This document shows, piece by piece, positions 50,630 to 60,616 of a DNA stretch of 64,000 nucleotides (position 1 is the first letter of the stretch; every line of letters begins with the position of its first letter). Source of the DNA: Pseudomonadota bacterium (GTDB lineage Bacteria > Pseudomonadota > Alphaproteobacteria > RF32 > CAG-239); NCBI GenBank assembly GCA_918234285.1, contig CAKJXZ020000020.1:1-64000 (forward strand), in the 5' to 3' direction. The position numbers were made by a program, and so were the translations under genes. A model generated the notes under the pieces. The model ran no database searches and had not been told where the DNA came from. It saw nothing but the letters and a program-made list of their open reading frames with translations.

Positions 50630-52018
50630 TTAATCAAAAAACGACATAATCAACAATAGCCCCAATCCGAGCGGAGCGATGTAGCGCAACGTTACCAAAA
50701 AGTAACGGGTAAAGCTGCTAGAAACGTGTGCACTGCGGCGAATGTTATGGATAATCGGTTTCATCGCCTTATAGCCCACAAACAGCGCCATCGTCAGCGA
50801 TACAATCGTTGCCGTATATGTCGAGGCCAGCCAATCGGCAAACGTGAACAAATCGCGTCCGAAAATCTTCCAATTTAACAGGCCGGAAAATGAGGCTGTC
50901 ACCGCCGTAAAGCCCAAACCGGCCAGAAACACCACGCATAAGCAAGCGGCAAAGCGCGAAATATTCAGCTTATCGATAAATAAATTGGTCAACATTTCAA
51001 ACAACGATACGGTTGAAGTAACCGTTGCCAACATCAGCAGCAAATAAAAAGTCAAGGCCCAGAAATGCCCGCCGTTTAATTGTTGAAACACCAAAGGCAG
51101 ACTAATAAAGGTTAACCCCGGGCCGGAACCGGCGGAGAGCCCCGCCGAAAAAATTGCCGGTATAATAATCACCGCGCTTAAAAGCGCTGCCAACGTATCA
51201 AAAAATTCAATACTGCGCACGGATTTAAACAAATTCTCCCGCGGCGAAAAATAAGAACCGTAAACCAGTAAAACCCCAAATCCGAGCGACAGCGAAATAA
51301 AGGCCTGTCCCAATGCGGCGGTAAAAGTTTTAAATAGCGGAGTCCAACGAAAACCATCGGCCGTAAAGCCCAAGTGAGTTTTATCAAGCGTCAGCAGGAA
51401 ATCAATCCCCTTCTCCGCTCCGTTTAAAGTCAGCGCCCGCACACTCAGCAAAATAAAAATCACAAACAGAATCGGCATCAGATAAAGTCCGGTTTTCTCA
51501 ATTCCCTTGCGCACGCCGCCGATAACGATAACCGCCGTAGCCAACAAAAAGATTAAGCCGTTACTGTATTGAATCGTAAAGTTTTGTGTCAGCGATTGAA
51601 ATTCATTTTCAAGATTATCCTGGGTTATCAGCAACAGTTTGCCGCTTACCGCCTCAAGAAAATAATATAATACCCAACTGGCCACCAAAAAATAGAACGA
51701 CAGGCACAAAAACACGCCGAATGCAGAAACCCATCCGCCGAAAAACGACCAAAGTTTCAGGTGTTTCATCCCAATTTGCTCGCCGATAAGCTTATAAGAA
51801 TCAACGCAGTTGCTTTTGGCGGTACGACCGATAGAAATCTCCGCAACCATCAGCGGATTGCAAATCAAGAGCAAAATCAGCAGATATACCAAAATAAAAC
51901 TCAAGCCGCCATGTTGCCCGCATAAATACGGAAAGCGCCAAATATTTCCCAAACCGATGGCCGAACCGGCCGCAGTGAGAATAAAGCCCCATTTACCGGA
52001 GAAATTTTCTTTTTTCAT
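50630..52018 (-). CDS. Sodium-dependent transporter (NSS/SNF family)
   Basis: GSAIGLGNIWRFPY, GIEK, QAF.SLSLG, GPGL.F. Confidence 0.95.
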   Translation of the reverse strand: MKKENFSGKWGFILTAAGSAIGLGNIWRFPYLCGQHGGLSFILVYLLILLLICNPLMVAEISIGRTAKSNCVDSYKLIGEQIGMKHLKLWSFFGGWVSAFGVFLCLSFYFLVASWVLYYFLEAVSGKLLLITQDNLENEFQSLTQNFTIQYSNGLIFLLATAVIVIGGVRKGIEKTGLYLMPILFVIFILLSVRALTLNGAEKGIDFLLTLDKTHLGFTADGFRWTPLFKTFTAALGQAFISLSLGFGVLLVYGSYFSPRENLFKSVRSIEFFDTLAALLSAVIIIPAIFSAGLSAGSGPGLTFISLPLVFQQLNGGHFWALTFYLLLMLATVTSTVSLFEMLTNLFIDKLNISRFAACLCVVFLAGLGFTAVTASFSGLLNWKIFGRDLFTFADWLASTYTATIVSLTMALFVGYKAMKPIIHNIRRSAHVSSSFTRYFLVTLRYIAPLGLGLLLIMSFFD

Positions 52019-52118
52019 TGTAATTTTTTTCATCAAATTGTTAATTTTGGTGCTTTTTAGCATAATTATATAAAAAAATCAAGATGTTCCTGTGATATTC
52101 CCAAATCAGCAAAAAACA

Positions 52119-52147
52119 TTGACAAACATAATGCAATCTCTTACACT
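52119..52147 (+). promoter_or_regulatory. sigma70-type promoter of the C26-family gene
   Basis: TTGACA-17-TACACT. Confidence 0.7.
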
Positions 52148-52202
52148 CGGGGCACAAAGCTAATATTTATAACTATTATTAATCACTCAATTCTTTTTAT
52201 TT

Positions 52203-53048
52203 ATGGATTGCTATTATTTAACGTATGCGTCTGATATTAAGGCGTTTGTGATCAACGACATGATCAGTAGAGAATGCAACAAGCAGGCACAATTCGGGTT
52301 AAGTCCGCGTACTTACCAACGTTTCGGCCGCAAGTTACCGCTTGAAAATGCCCCGATTGTAGGCTTTTTGCTGGGGCGCGACGGCGATTGCTATGCAGCC
52401 GGTTGGAATTACGTTATGGCCATGATTGATGCCGGTTTTGAAGTTCGTTTTCTGACCTACGAGCATTGTGAGACTCAGCTTGAGGCTTGCCAATGTCTGA
52501 TTCTTCCCGGCGGTTTGTTTACTTCTCCCGAAGCTTTCTATACCGACCGGCGAGATGAGGTAGAATTCCCGTCGCTCCGCAGCCAGGCTTACATTACCTG
52601 TATCCGCACCGCACTGAAACGGCAGATACCGATTTTGGGGATATGTACCGGAGCACAGATGGTGGCGGGCGAGTTCGGTATGAAGCTGTATCGCAGCTTT
52701 GATTATATCGAGACACCGATTACCCACTACACCGACGCGGCCGAGGCTCATCGCCTCAACATCTTCACGAACACACCGTTGGAGCGGATGTTCGGCGGAA
52801 ACAATCTGTTCTTCGTCAATTCCCGACATCAGGAATTACTTGCTCCGATTAAGGTGCAACGCGAGATTCTGGGTAAGGAGCAGCTTCCGCTCGATATTTA
52901 TGCCGAAGCCAACGACGGCACGCCTGAAGCTTGGGGCTCGGAAGAAAAGCGCATTTTGTGCGTACAGTGGCACCCGGAGGATATGTATGCCGCCGGCTCG
53001 ACTCCGATGCTGAAAGTATTTCTGTGGCTGCGCGATGCAATAGGCTGA
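52203..53048 (+). CDS. Peptidase C26 / gamma-glutamyl hydrolase-like class I glutamine amidotransferase
   Basis: LILPGG, PILGIC.G.Q, VNS.HQ, VQWHPE (Cys-His-Glu intact); no SD. Confidence 0.88.
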   Translation: MDCYYLTYASDIKAFVINDMISRECNKQAQFGLSPRTYQRFGRKLPLENAPIVGFLLGRDGDCYAAGWNYVMAMIDAGFEVRFLTYEHCETQLEACQCLILPGGLFTSPEAFYTDRRDEVEFPSLRSQAYITCIRTALKRQIPILGICTGAQMVAGEFGMKLYRSFDYIETPITHYTDAAEAHRLNIFTNTPLERMFGGNNLFFVNSRHQELLAPIKVQREILGKEQLPLDIYAEANDGTPEAWGSEEKRILCVQWHPEDMYAAGSTPMLKVFLWLRDAIG

Positions 53049-53052
53049 ACCG

Positions 53053-53096
53053 ATAAAAAAAACGCTTAAGAGTAAAATCTTAAGCGTTTTTTTTAT
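53053..53096. terminator. Bidirectional terminator
   Basis: ataaaaaaaacgcttaaga...tcttaagcgttttttttat perfect inverted repeat. Confidence 0.88.
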
Positions 53097-53572
53097 TATC
53101 TTTCGGCGGTGCGATAATGGCTGCGGGTAATGGCCATGGCCAAGGCATCGGACGAATCGTTGTTTTTAGGCTGACATCCCGGAAGTAAAATCTTCACCAT
53201 GGTCTCCACCTGCGTTTTCTCGGCACGCCCTACCCCGACCAGTGCTTTTTTAACTTTAGTCGGATCAAATTCATACAGCGGCAAATGATTATGCCCCACA
53301 GCCAAAATTACCACACCGCGTGCCATACTCAGTTTGAGTGAAGTTTCCGGATTCTTATTCAAGAAAGTCTTTTCAATCGCCGCCTCCTGCGGTTGATATC
53401 CAATAATCACATCATTAAGAGTTTTAAAAATAATTTCCAACCTATCCTCAATCGGCATTTTCGGGTCGGTAGGAATAAAACCGTCCGCAATATATTGCAG
53501 ACGGTTTCCGTTCACATCAATCACACCCCAGCCGGTCGAGGTCAAACTCGGATCTAAGCCTAAGATGCGCAT
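53096..53572 (-). CDS. ruvC: Holliday junction resolvase
   Basis: ILGLDP..TGWG, AIE, ARG, VKKA.VG.GRAEK.QV, DALAMA. Confidence 0.96.
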   Translation of the reverse strand: MRILGLDPSLTSTGWGVIDVNGNRLQYIADGFIPTDPKMPIEDRLEIIFKTLNDVIIGYQPQEAAIEKTFLNKNPETSLKLSMARGVVILAVGHNHLPLYEFDPTKVKKALVGVGRAEKTQVETMVKILLPGCQPKNNDSSDALAMAITRSHYRTAER

Positions 53573-53576
53573 ATTT

Positions 53577-54335
53577 TTATTCTTCTCCGGCGAGCGCGTT
53601 CATCACATCTTCAGAGATTTCCGCATTGTGATAAACGTGTTGCACGTCTTCGTCATCTTCGAGCGCGTCGATAAAGTCCAAAAACTTGCGCGCGGTTTCA
53701 ATGTCGGTAATATCAACTTTTACCATCGGTTTCCAATCCAAACGCGAAGCCGACGGAGTGCCGTATTTGGCTTCAAGAGCTGAGGTTACCGCCGACAAAT
53801 CATCCGGCAAAGTTTCAATTTCGTGATTTTCTTCATCGGTTACCACTTCATTGGCACCTGCTTCCAGAGCCGCTTCAAACATTTCGTCGGCACTGGCAAC
53901 GCTGACCGGATATTGGATATAGCCGATACGCTCAAAGTTAAACAATACCGAACCGCTTTCACCCATCTGACCGCCGCGCTTGCCGAAAATCGTCCGAACA
54001 TTACCGGCCGTACGGTTTTTATTATCGGTCAAGGCCTCAACAATAACCGAAACTTTATTCGGCGAAAAACCTTCGTAGCGCATAGATACGAAATCGGCAC
54101 CGCCGGCAACCGTGGTTGCTTTGGCAATGGCACGTTCGATATTATCTTTCGGCATACTTTCGGCACGAGCGGCCTGAATAGCCAAGCGTAAACGCGGGTT
54201 TTTATCAGGTTCCGGCAGACCGCTCTTGGCGGCAACGGTAATTTCGCGTGCGAGCTTGGCAAATACGCGCGCTTTTTTGGCGTCTTGAGCGCCCTTGCGA
54301 TACATAATGTTTTTAAATTGCGAGTGTCCTGACAT
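53577..54335 (-). CDS. yebC: YebC/PmpR family protein
   Basis: MSGHSQFKNI, NPRLR, YEG, TDNKNRT, LEDDEDVQ.VY.N. Confidence 0.96.
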   Translation of the reverse strand: MSGHSQFKNIMYRKGAQDAKKARVFAKLAREITVAAKSGLPEPDKNPRLRLAIQAARAESMPKDNIERAIAKATTVAGGADFVSMRYEGFSPNKVSVIVEALTDNKNRTAGNVRTIFGKRGGQMGESGSVLFNFERIGYIQYPVSVASADEMFEAALEAGANEVVTDEENHEIETLPDDLSAVTSALEAKYGTPSASRLDWKPMVKVDITDIETARKFLDFIDALEDDEDVQHVYHNAEISEDVMNALAGEE

Positions 54336-54426
54336 TTTTATCTCCTAAATTCAATCGTCTGTTATGCGCTTTTATAACTTATTTGTTGGTATTTTTTCAA
54401 GTTTTTTTTGCAAAAAAATACACATT

Positions 54427-55308
54427 TTATTGATTATCTTCAACCAACTCGGTGGCTGCCAACAAAAATGCCGGTGTATTGCGTCCGAAAGTATGGTATC
54501 TTTTCACCAAATTCAGAGCCTCGGCATCTTTACCGCTTTCGCGGCGCGGCGTAACTTTCTTAGGTTCGGATTTTGTTTCTTTGTGAGCCTTTTCTTTTTT
54601 TGGCTCTGTCTGTTCTTTCGGTGCCGGTTTTTCTTCTTTAGGTGCAGCCTTGTCATCGGTTGCAACGGTCGCGGCTACGGTTTCTTCAATCTCCGCTCCT
54701 TGTCCCTTATCTTTGTTAATTTTTATTTCTTCAGGTGTTTGCAGAATTTTATCAAGCAGCGTTTGGGTTTCTTTGGAACGACGGTTGGTATAAACAATAT
54801 TCTGCTTTTCCGACGGCAGGACCGCCAAAACTTTTTCCAACTGTTCCAGTTGATGCGTTTTTTTAATCAGATTAATATCATCAACCACCAAAACATCGGT
54901 TTGCGACAAGTCGATTTTATCTTCATCCAGCAAGTCGGAGAGAAGTTTCGGCGATGCAATAACCACATTGGCTTCATCATCGATATTTTCTTCGACATCG
55001 TCAACATTGCCGGCCGTAATTTCGTGGTATTTGTTAAACACGGCGAATCTGTCGGAAACGGTAACCGAAGCCTGCGCGCCCGAAGTAATAATCAAAATAT
55101 TATGCGCTTTTTTATCGGCAATAATATCAATCAGCGGCAACACATACGAATAAGTTTTGCCACAACCGGCCGGAGCAATCGTAAACACGTCTTTGCCATG
55201 CAAAATCGACGGTATAACATCGGCTTGGACCGTTGTCGGCGTGATAATTCCGGCTTCCGTAACGGCTTGTATTGTTTTTTCGGATAATCCCAATTCTTTA
55301 AAATCCAT
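54427..55308 (-). CDS. Degenerate single-domain DEAD-box helicase homolog
   Basis: FKELGL, PTTVQ, APAGCGKT; VVDDIN in place of DEAD; no second RecA domain; SD gagg. Confidence 0.8.
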   Translation of the reverse strand: MDFKELGLSEKTIQAVTEAGIITPTTVQADVIPSILHGKDVFTIAPAGCGKTYSYVLPLIDIIADKKAHNILIITSGAQASVTVSDRFAVFNKYHEITAGNVDDVEENIDDEANVVIASPKLLSDLLDEDKIDLSQTDVLVVDDINLIKKTHQLEQLEKVLAVLPSEKQNIVYTNRRSKETQTLLDKILQTPEEIKINKDKGQGAEIEETVAATVATDDKAAPKEEKPAPKEQTEPKKEKAHKETKSEPKKVTPRRESGKDAEALNLVKRYHTFGRNTPAFLLAATELVEDNQ

Positions 55309-55318
55309 TTTTAACCTC

Positions 55319-57184
55319 TTATACTTCCGGTAGTGAAACTTTGGTCTGCTTTTCCGGCGGAACCGGAGAATACTCCGAGCGATTAAGCGACTTTCCGGCA
55401 ATAACATCTTTGATTTCATCGCCGGAGAGCGTTTCATACTCAATCAGAGCTTGCGCCAATGTTTCGAGTTCTTTGTCATATTTTTTCAAAATTTCCGTAG
55501 CTTGTGCGTGTGCCTCGGTCAAAAGACGTTTGATTTCGGCATCTACCAAGCGTGCAGTTTCTTCACTCATATTTTTGTTTTGCGTAACGGCACGGCCCAA
55601 AAACACTTCATTGGAATTTTCGGCATACAAAACCGGCCCCAGCAAATCACTCATACCCCATTCGGTAACCATGGAGCGAGCCAAGTTTGTTGCTGCCGAA
55701 ATATCGGCCGAAGCGCCGGATGTAACTTTATCATAACCAAACTTCAACTCCTCGCTGGCACGGCCGCCCATACATATCACCAAACGCGATAACATTTTGG
55801 CGCGAGTGTACGAATATTGGTCTTTTTCCGGCAACTGTTGCACCATACCGAGAGCACGTCCCCGCGGAATAATCGTCGCCTTGTGAATAGGATCGGTTTC
55901 CGGAACGTGCAACGAGCAAATGGCGTGACCGGCTTCGTGATAAGCCGTCAGTTTCTTTTCTTCTTCATCCATCGCCATTGATTTGCGTTCGTTGCCCATC
56001 AACACTTTATCTTTGGCATTATCAAAGTCTTGCGCCGTCACCTTGCGTTTGTTGCGACGCGCCGCCAAAAGAGCCGCTTCGTTAACCAAATTGGCCAAAT
56101 CGGCACCGGAAAACCCCGGAGTACCGCGAGCAATTACCGATAAATCCACATCTTTAGCCAGCGGAACTTTGCGTGCATGAACATGAAGAATAGCTTCACG
56201 CCCTTTAATATCCGGATTGCTGACCACAACCTGACGGTCAAAACGCCCCGGTCGCAACAACGCCGGATCCAACACATCGGGACGGTTGGTGGCTGCAATC
56301 AGAATAACGTTTTCATTCGGTTCAAAGCCGTCCATTTCCACCAACAGTTGATTAAGTGTTTGCTCACGCTCGTCGTTACCGCCGCCCAAACCGGCACCGC
56401 GATGACGCCCGACCGCATCAATCTCGTCAATAAACAAAATACAAGGCGCATTTTTCTTTGCCTGTTCAAACATATCGCGTACGCGCGAAGCGCCGACACC
56501 GACAAACATTTCCACAAAATCGGAGCCGGAAATCGAGAAAAACGGCACATCGGCCTCGCCGGCAACCGCCTTGGCCAGCAAGGTTTTACCGGTTCCCGGA
56601 GGGCCCACCAACAACACCCCCTTCGGAATTTTTCCGCCCAAACGCTGAAACTTAATCGGGTCTTTCAAAAAGTCGATTATTTCTTCCAATTCCTGCTTGG
56701 ATTCATCGGCGCCGGCCACATCTGCAAACGTAACTTTTTTATTGTTTTCTATCAATCTGGCGCGTGATTTGCCGAAACTTAAGGCCTTGTTGTTACCGGC
56801 ACTGGCCTGGCGCATAAAGAACACCCACACACCGACCAAAATCAGCATCGGAAGCCATGAAATCACCACGCTCCAAAAAGTTTCGGTCGACGTATCTTGC
56901 GGCTTTGCCTCAACTTTGACATTGTTTTCCAACAGCGTATCCACCGTGGTCGGGCTGTACGGCGCATAGGTCGTAAACTTTTTGCCATCCGTGGTCATAC
57001 CGGATATTTCCGCTCCGCTGATGGAAACGTTGGTAACCCGTTTTTCCTTGACATTATCCATAAAATCAGAAAACAACACGTTTTCGGTGTTGGCCGTCAT
57101 CGTTCGCTTTTCCGCCATACTGAAAAACGCCGTCAGGCAAATAAGAACCAAAATCCAAATAAAAGCGCTTTTACCAAACTTCAT
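55319..57184 (-). CDS. ftsH: ATP-dependent zinc metalloprotease FtsH
   Basis: Two TM helices, [37 protein letters not shown]. Confidence 0.99.
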   Translation of the reverse strand: MKFGKSAFIWILVLICLTAFFSMAEKRTMTANTENVLFSDFMDNVKEKRVTNVSISGAEISGMTTDGKKFTTYAPYSPTTVDTLLENNVKVEAKPQDTSTETFWSVVISWLPMLILVGVWVFFMRQASAGNNKALSFGKSRARLIENNKKVTFADVAGADESKQELEEIIDFLKDPIKFQRLGGKIPKGVLLVGPPGTGKTLLAKAVAGEADVPFFSISGSDFVEMFVGVGASRVRDMFEQAKKNAPCILFIDEIDAVGRHRGAGLGGGNDEREQTLNQLLVEMDGFEPNENVILIAATNRPDVLDPALLRPGRFDRQVVVSNPDIKGREAILHVHARKVPLAKDVDLSVIARGTPGFSGADLANLVNEAALLAARRNKRKVTAQDFDNAKDKVLMGNERKSMAMDEEEKKLTAYHEAGHAICSLHVPETDPIHKATIIPRGRALGMVQQLPEKDQYSYTRAKMLSRLVICMGGRASEELKFGYDKVTSGASADISAATNLARSMVTEWGMSDLLGPVLYAENSNEVFLGRAVTQNKNMSEETARLVDAEIKRLLTEAHAQATEILKKYDKELETLAQALIEYETLSGDEIKDVIAGKSLNRSEYSPVPPEKQTKVSLPEV

Positions 57185-57345
57185 ATAACCATCCCAAACA
57201 AAATAAAAACTCTCATATAAGTAGTCTCAATTACGCGTATATTAAGGGGCTTTTTTTCAAAAAACAAGCATTTTCGCCGACTTAATAACTTTTGTAATAA
57301 AAAATCAAACGCCCGTCTTTTATGACAGGGCGTTTGTTTCTACAC

Positions 57346-57681
57346 TTAATCGGCTAAATGTCTGGCATATTCCTTGGCATCAACAACCGCGGTATTATGC
57401 TCAACCAGCCCGATACTGTACGAGAGTTCGCCGGCGGAATCTTCATTGACGTAGATTGACATCCTATCGCCTTTGAAGATGCTTTTTGCGTTGTTCAAAC
57501 CGCGCATTTCGCGTGCGCTCAGCATAAAACGCATACACCTCGGCTTCTCCAATTTTTCATTCTTCCCGTCGGGAAGTTTCTGTTCTTCGGTTACATTCAA
57601 ATACAGAATGCCCGTTTCGTCTTCGCCGTCAGGTACAAAGTAGAGCGTATCCACCGTACCGACAAATTTCACTTTTTTCAT
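57346..57681 (-). CDS. Hypothetical protein, SSB-like OB fold suspected
   Basis: KVKFVGTV...LNVTEE..DG..E...FKGDRMSIYV; no SD; terminator ~57306-57336. Confidence 0.7.
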   Translation of the reverse strand: MKKVKFVGTVDTLYFVPDGEDETGILYLNVTEEQKLPDGKNEKLEKPRCMRFMLSAREMRGLNNAKSIFKGDRMSIYVNEDSAGELSYSIGLVEHNTAVVDAKEYARHLAD

Positions 57682-57704
57682 AAAATAATAACACTAAAAT
57701 TTCA

Positions 57705-58616
57705 TCAGATAAACAGGCGCAACAGTCCCCACAGGTTCAAGTGCGCCGTCAAAAATTCATAACACTTCGGCATGTTTTTGTTGAACTTGGCCGCCTTAAT
57801 GATTTGCTTTTGTTTTACGGCATCGCCCTCGTAATACTTCCACAAACCTTCCCAATCGACTTTTTCCGGATAACCGGTCAAAAATCCATGGTAAAGACTG
57901 TGATGTTTTACAAACACCTCAAACCGTTTGTTTTCTAAAAGCTTATCATAGCAGATCTCATGATAAAGCTCTTCATCCAAGCCTTTTTGCAGGCAATAGT
58001 CGATGATTTCGTTTTTGGGCAACAAACCGCAGGCATCTCCGAGGCTTAAGAGCCACAGTGCCATACCGTTGTCAATCACATACTTCCAGCCGTCTTCCGA
58101 ATAGAGTAATACGCCGGGACGTTTCTGTTGCAACATCAGCGGTGCGTATTTAGCAAAGTCGCGTCGCAGCAAGGCAATGCACGCTTCAGGATAATCCATC
58201 CAGTTATCTTTTTCCAAGAATTCCGGAGCATTTTGTGCCACCAAATCGAATTTATGGCGCTGACACAGGGTTTCCCACAATTTCAGCTGTGCACATTCCT
58301 CATCGGTCGGCCAATCATTCGGCAACTTGTCCTGATAATGCGGTAAAACATCGGCCAGTTCCGCAACGGTAAAATAGCTTTGCATCCATTGAATAACCGG
58401 CGGCGTGTACTTTGTGACCAATGTCAGTACCTCTTTGATTGCGTCATCGGAGTAATCGAAAAAAGCCATTGTTGTCAGCATATCCGCTGTTAACGGCATT
58501 TTGCTTTGCACCAATTGCCTAAAGCGCCCGATTTCATGATGTTCCAAACAATACCATGCCAATTTCTCGTTCTGCTCGGCAGAAGTGAATGGCATAATCC
58601 TTTTGAAATTCTCCAT
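57705..58616 (-). CDS. Hypothetical helical protein
   Basis: Open frame after promoter TTGACT-17-TAGAAT (58653-58681); no SD. Confidence 0.8.
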   Translation of the reverse strand: MENFKRIMPFTSAEQNEKLAWYCLEHHEIGRFRQLVQSKMPLTADMLTTMAFFDYSDDAIKEVLTLVTKYTPPVIQWMQSYFTVAELADVLPHYQDKLPNDWPTDEECAQLKLWETLCQRHKFDLVAQNAPEFLEKDNWMDYPEACIALLRRDFAKYAPLMLQQKRPGVLLYSEDGWKYVIDNGMALWLLSLGDACGLLPKNEIIDYCLQKGLDEELYHEICYDKLLENKRFEVFVKHHSLYHGFLTGYPEKVDWEGLWKYYEGDAVKQKQIIKAAKFNKNMPKCYEFLTAHLNLWGLLRLFI

Positions 58617-58763
58617 AATCAATAATTTTTAAATTATAAAACATTGGGCAGAATTCTAGTATAAAAACCTCGGTAAGTCAAGCGGAAATACGGTTAGTTT
58701 ATTATATAAACGAAAACGGCCGCCACCGATACCGGTAACGGCCGTATTTTACTGATTAGCGAA

Positions 58764-59360
58764 TTATTTCAGTTTTGCCTTCAAATCGGCAATCAAACCG
58801 TCAATTCCGTTCGGCGATTTCTGAATATACGACGTATATTCGCTGCGCGATGTCTGCGCCAGGCTGACGTTCTCGATAATGATATCGACAATGCGCATAT
58901 TGCCGTTGGTTTCCTTAACCCGCCACTTTACCGAGGCCGGTTTTCCTTCTTGCATCGGCACTTGCGAGTTGACAAACACTTGATCCGGCGACTTGGAATT
59001 CTCCGTACCCAAAAATTCAAAATGCTTACCTTTGAAATCGTTAAAGCGTTCCGACCAGGTTTGTACGTTCAGCTTGCGATATACATCGATAAACTCGTCG
59101 CGTTGTTTCTGAGTAGCCGTACGCCAATAACGTCCGAGCACAAACTTGCCGATAAAATCCAAATCCAAATCCTGATTGAACAGCTTGGTAAAGCGTGCCC
59201 GCTTTTCGCTTTCCGATATATTCGAATTAACCAGTTCTTCAATACCCTGTTTGGTGACATCTTTAATAAACTGTTCGGCCTTGGCAGCATTGACGGCGGC
59301 GTTTGCCTCTGCTCCAAACATAAATAAACCGGCAAATAAAAATGCAAATAATTTTTTCAT
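58764..59360 (-). CDS. mlaC: MlaC/Ttg2D phospholipid-binding protein
   Basis: Signal peptide; FVLGRYWR.AT..QR.EF, IVDI.IENVSL. Confidence 0.92.
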   Translation of the reverse strand: MKKLFAFLFAGLFMFGAEANAAVNAAKAEQFIKDVTKQGIEELVNSNISESEKRARFTKLFNQDLDLDFIGKFVLGRYWRTATQKQRDEFIDVYRKLNVQTWSERFNDFKGKHFEFLGTENSKSPDQVFVNSQVPMQEGKPASVKWRVKETNGNMRIVDIIIENVSLAQTSRSEYTSYIQKSPNGIDGLIADLKAKLK

Positions 59361-59381
59361 TTTAAATTCCTTTCAAGTAAA

Positions 59382-60158
59382 TTATTCATCATCCATGTCG
59401 TCAAAATCAAAATCATAACCGGCATCTTCCGCCGAAACTTCTTTTTTGCCGCAAACCCCGATTTTAAGGCGATTCTGAATGTACGCCGATTTGATGGTGC
59501 TGTACGGGTCAACCGAATTGGCGGTTAAGTTATCCAAAAATTCGATATTTGCCTCGCGCAGACTGACAAAACCGAGGGCACTGATGCCGTAATAAAACGA
59601 ATAACGCTCCCAATCTTCGCCAAACGAAGAATAGCGGCCTACCCAATAGACCGGGTGGGTATAAGCATCGGCCACCATACTCGCGGTAGCACGCGGAGTA
59701 CTCGGTCCGAACAGCGGCAATATAAAGAACGGTCCGTCCGGTACGCACCAGGCGGCAAGCGTCCGGTCAAAGTCGGTCGGATTCTTGGAGATTCCCCAGC
59801 CGGAAGCCACATCAAAAGTACCGAGTAAACCGATGGTTGAATTTATCAAAAAGCGCCCCATTGATTTTCCGGAATCAAGCAAATCTCCCTGTAACGTGTG
59901 ATTTACCACAGAAATCGGTTCTTTCATGTTTTCAAAGAAGTTTCGCACGCGTTCGCGAACAAAGTCATTTGTAACGGCGCGGTAACCCTTTGCCACCGGC
60001 TTAATCACAAAATAATCGGCCGTGGCATTAACCGCAAACATGGCACGGTTATAGCTTTCCAACGCGCCTTCATCGTCTTCTTCTTCAGCTTTAACCGGTG
60101 CGGCAAGCAATGTTACCAAACAGGTTGTATAACTTAAAATTCTAAATATCTTCTTCAT
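59382..60158 (-). CDS. mlaA: MlaA/VacJ family protein
   Basis: LESYNRAMF, RFLINSTIG.LG.FDVA, GP..ILPLFGPST.R, DPY. Confidence 0.92.
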   Translation of the reverse strand: MKKIFRILSYTTCLVTLLAAPVKAEEEDDEGALESYNRAMFAVNATADYFVIKPVAKGYRAVTNDFVRERVRNFFENMKEPISVVNHTLQGDLLDSGKSMGRFLINSTIGLLGTFDVASGWGISKNPTDFDRTLAAWCVPDGPFFILPLFGPSTPRATASMVADAYTHPVYWVGRYSSFGEDWERYSFYYGISALGFVSLREANIEFLDNLTANSVDPYSTIKSAYIQNRLKIGVCGKKEVSAEDAGYDFDFDDMDDE

Positions 60159-60249
60159 TTTTTTATTCCCTGACAACATAATATATAAACGAACGAACAA
60201 TAAATCAATCAAAAAATTTAACTTGATGGTATGTATAATTTCCGAGCAT

Positions 60250-60306
60250 AAAAAAATCCTCCGGAAAACTATAAACGGAGGATTATAAAAAAGGCAACGC
60301 TTTGCC
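60250..60306 (-). terminator. Tandem terminators ending the candidate ncRNA
   Basis: aaggcaa-agcg-ttgcctttttt followed by aatcctccg...cggaggattttttt. Confidence 0.75.
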
Positions 60307-60525
60307 TTTGCCAATAACTAAAGACTTTTGATATTGTAAATCGAACCCGATGAAGGTATCAGCCGACAGCCTCACCGAGCAATGTGCGCCGATTTCACAA
60401 TCGACGGACATATTACGTAATTACTAACCTGTCACAAACGAACGGGATCGTTTGCCGATGTAAAACGTTTCACAACGCCCTACATCGAATTGTTTAACTA
60501 TAATATCATAATAATCTAAAACATG
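60285..60525 (-). ncRNA. Candidate novel multi-branch structured ncRNA
   Basis: Own promoter and terminator; five internal hairpins, four abutting and two with GUGA tetraloops; closing stem tgatatt/aatatca; G-U pairs favour the minus strand. Confidence 0.7.
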
Positions 60526-60530
60526 GTTTC

Positions 60531-60559
60531 TGTATAGCATTATGCAACTGAAATGTCAA
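60531..60559 (-). promoter_or_regulatory. Promoter of the candidate ncRNA
   Basis: TTGACA-17-TATACA with extended TG. Confidence 0.7.
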
Positions 60560-60573
60560 TACGGTTCTGACGT

Positions 60574-60616
60574 AAAAAAAATACCCCTATCCGCTTCCAC
60601 GGACAAGGGGTATTTT
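60574..60616 (-). terminator. Terminator of the YdcF-like gene
   Basis: aaaatacccct...aggggtatttt with U-tract on the minus strand. Confidence 0.8.

Noticed and set aside
53096-53572. RuvC as a Cas/TnpB-type nuclease
   Set aside because: It is a canonical 158-aa resolvase in the standard yebC-ruvC context.
54364-55287. 307-aa Phe-rich plus-strand ORF
   Set aside because: Antisense shadow of the Lys/Glu-rich helicase homolog.
60284-60412. 42-codon minus-strand ORF (MSVDCEIGAH...) inside the candidate ncRNA
   Set aside because: No SD, the start is buried in a hairpin and the frame runs through the terminator; RNA structure explains the region better, although the ORF is not fully excluded.
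60285-60525. RNase P, SRP, tmRNA or riboswitch identity for the structured RNA
   Set aside because: The conserved signatures I know (GAGGAAAGUCC, the SRP loop, tRNA-like ends) are not visible, and the downstream gene has its own promoter.
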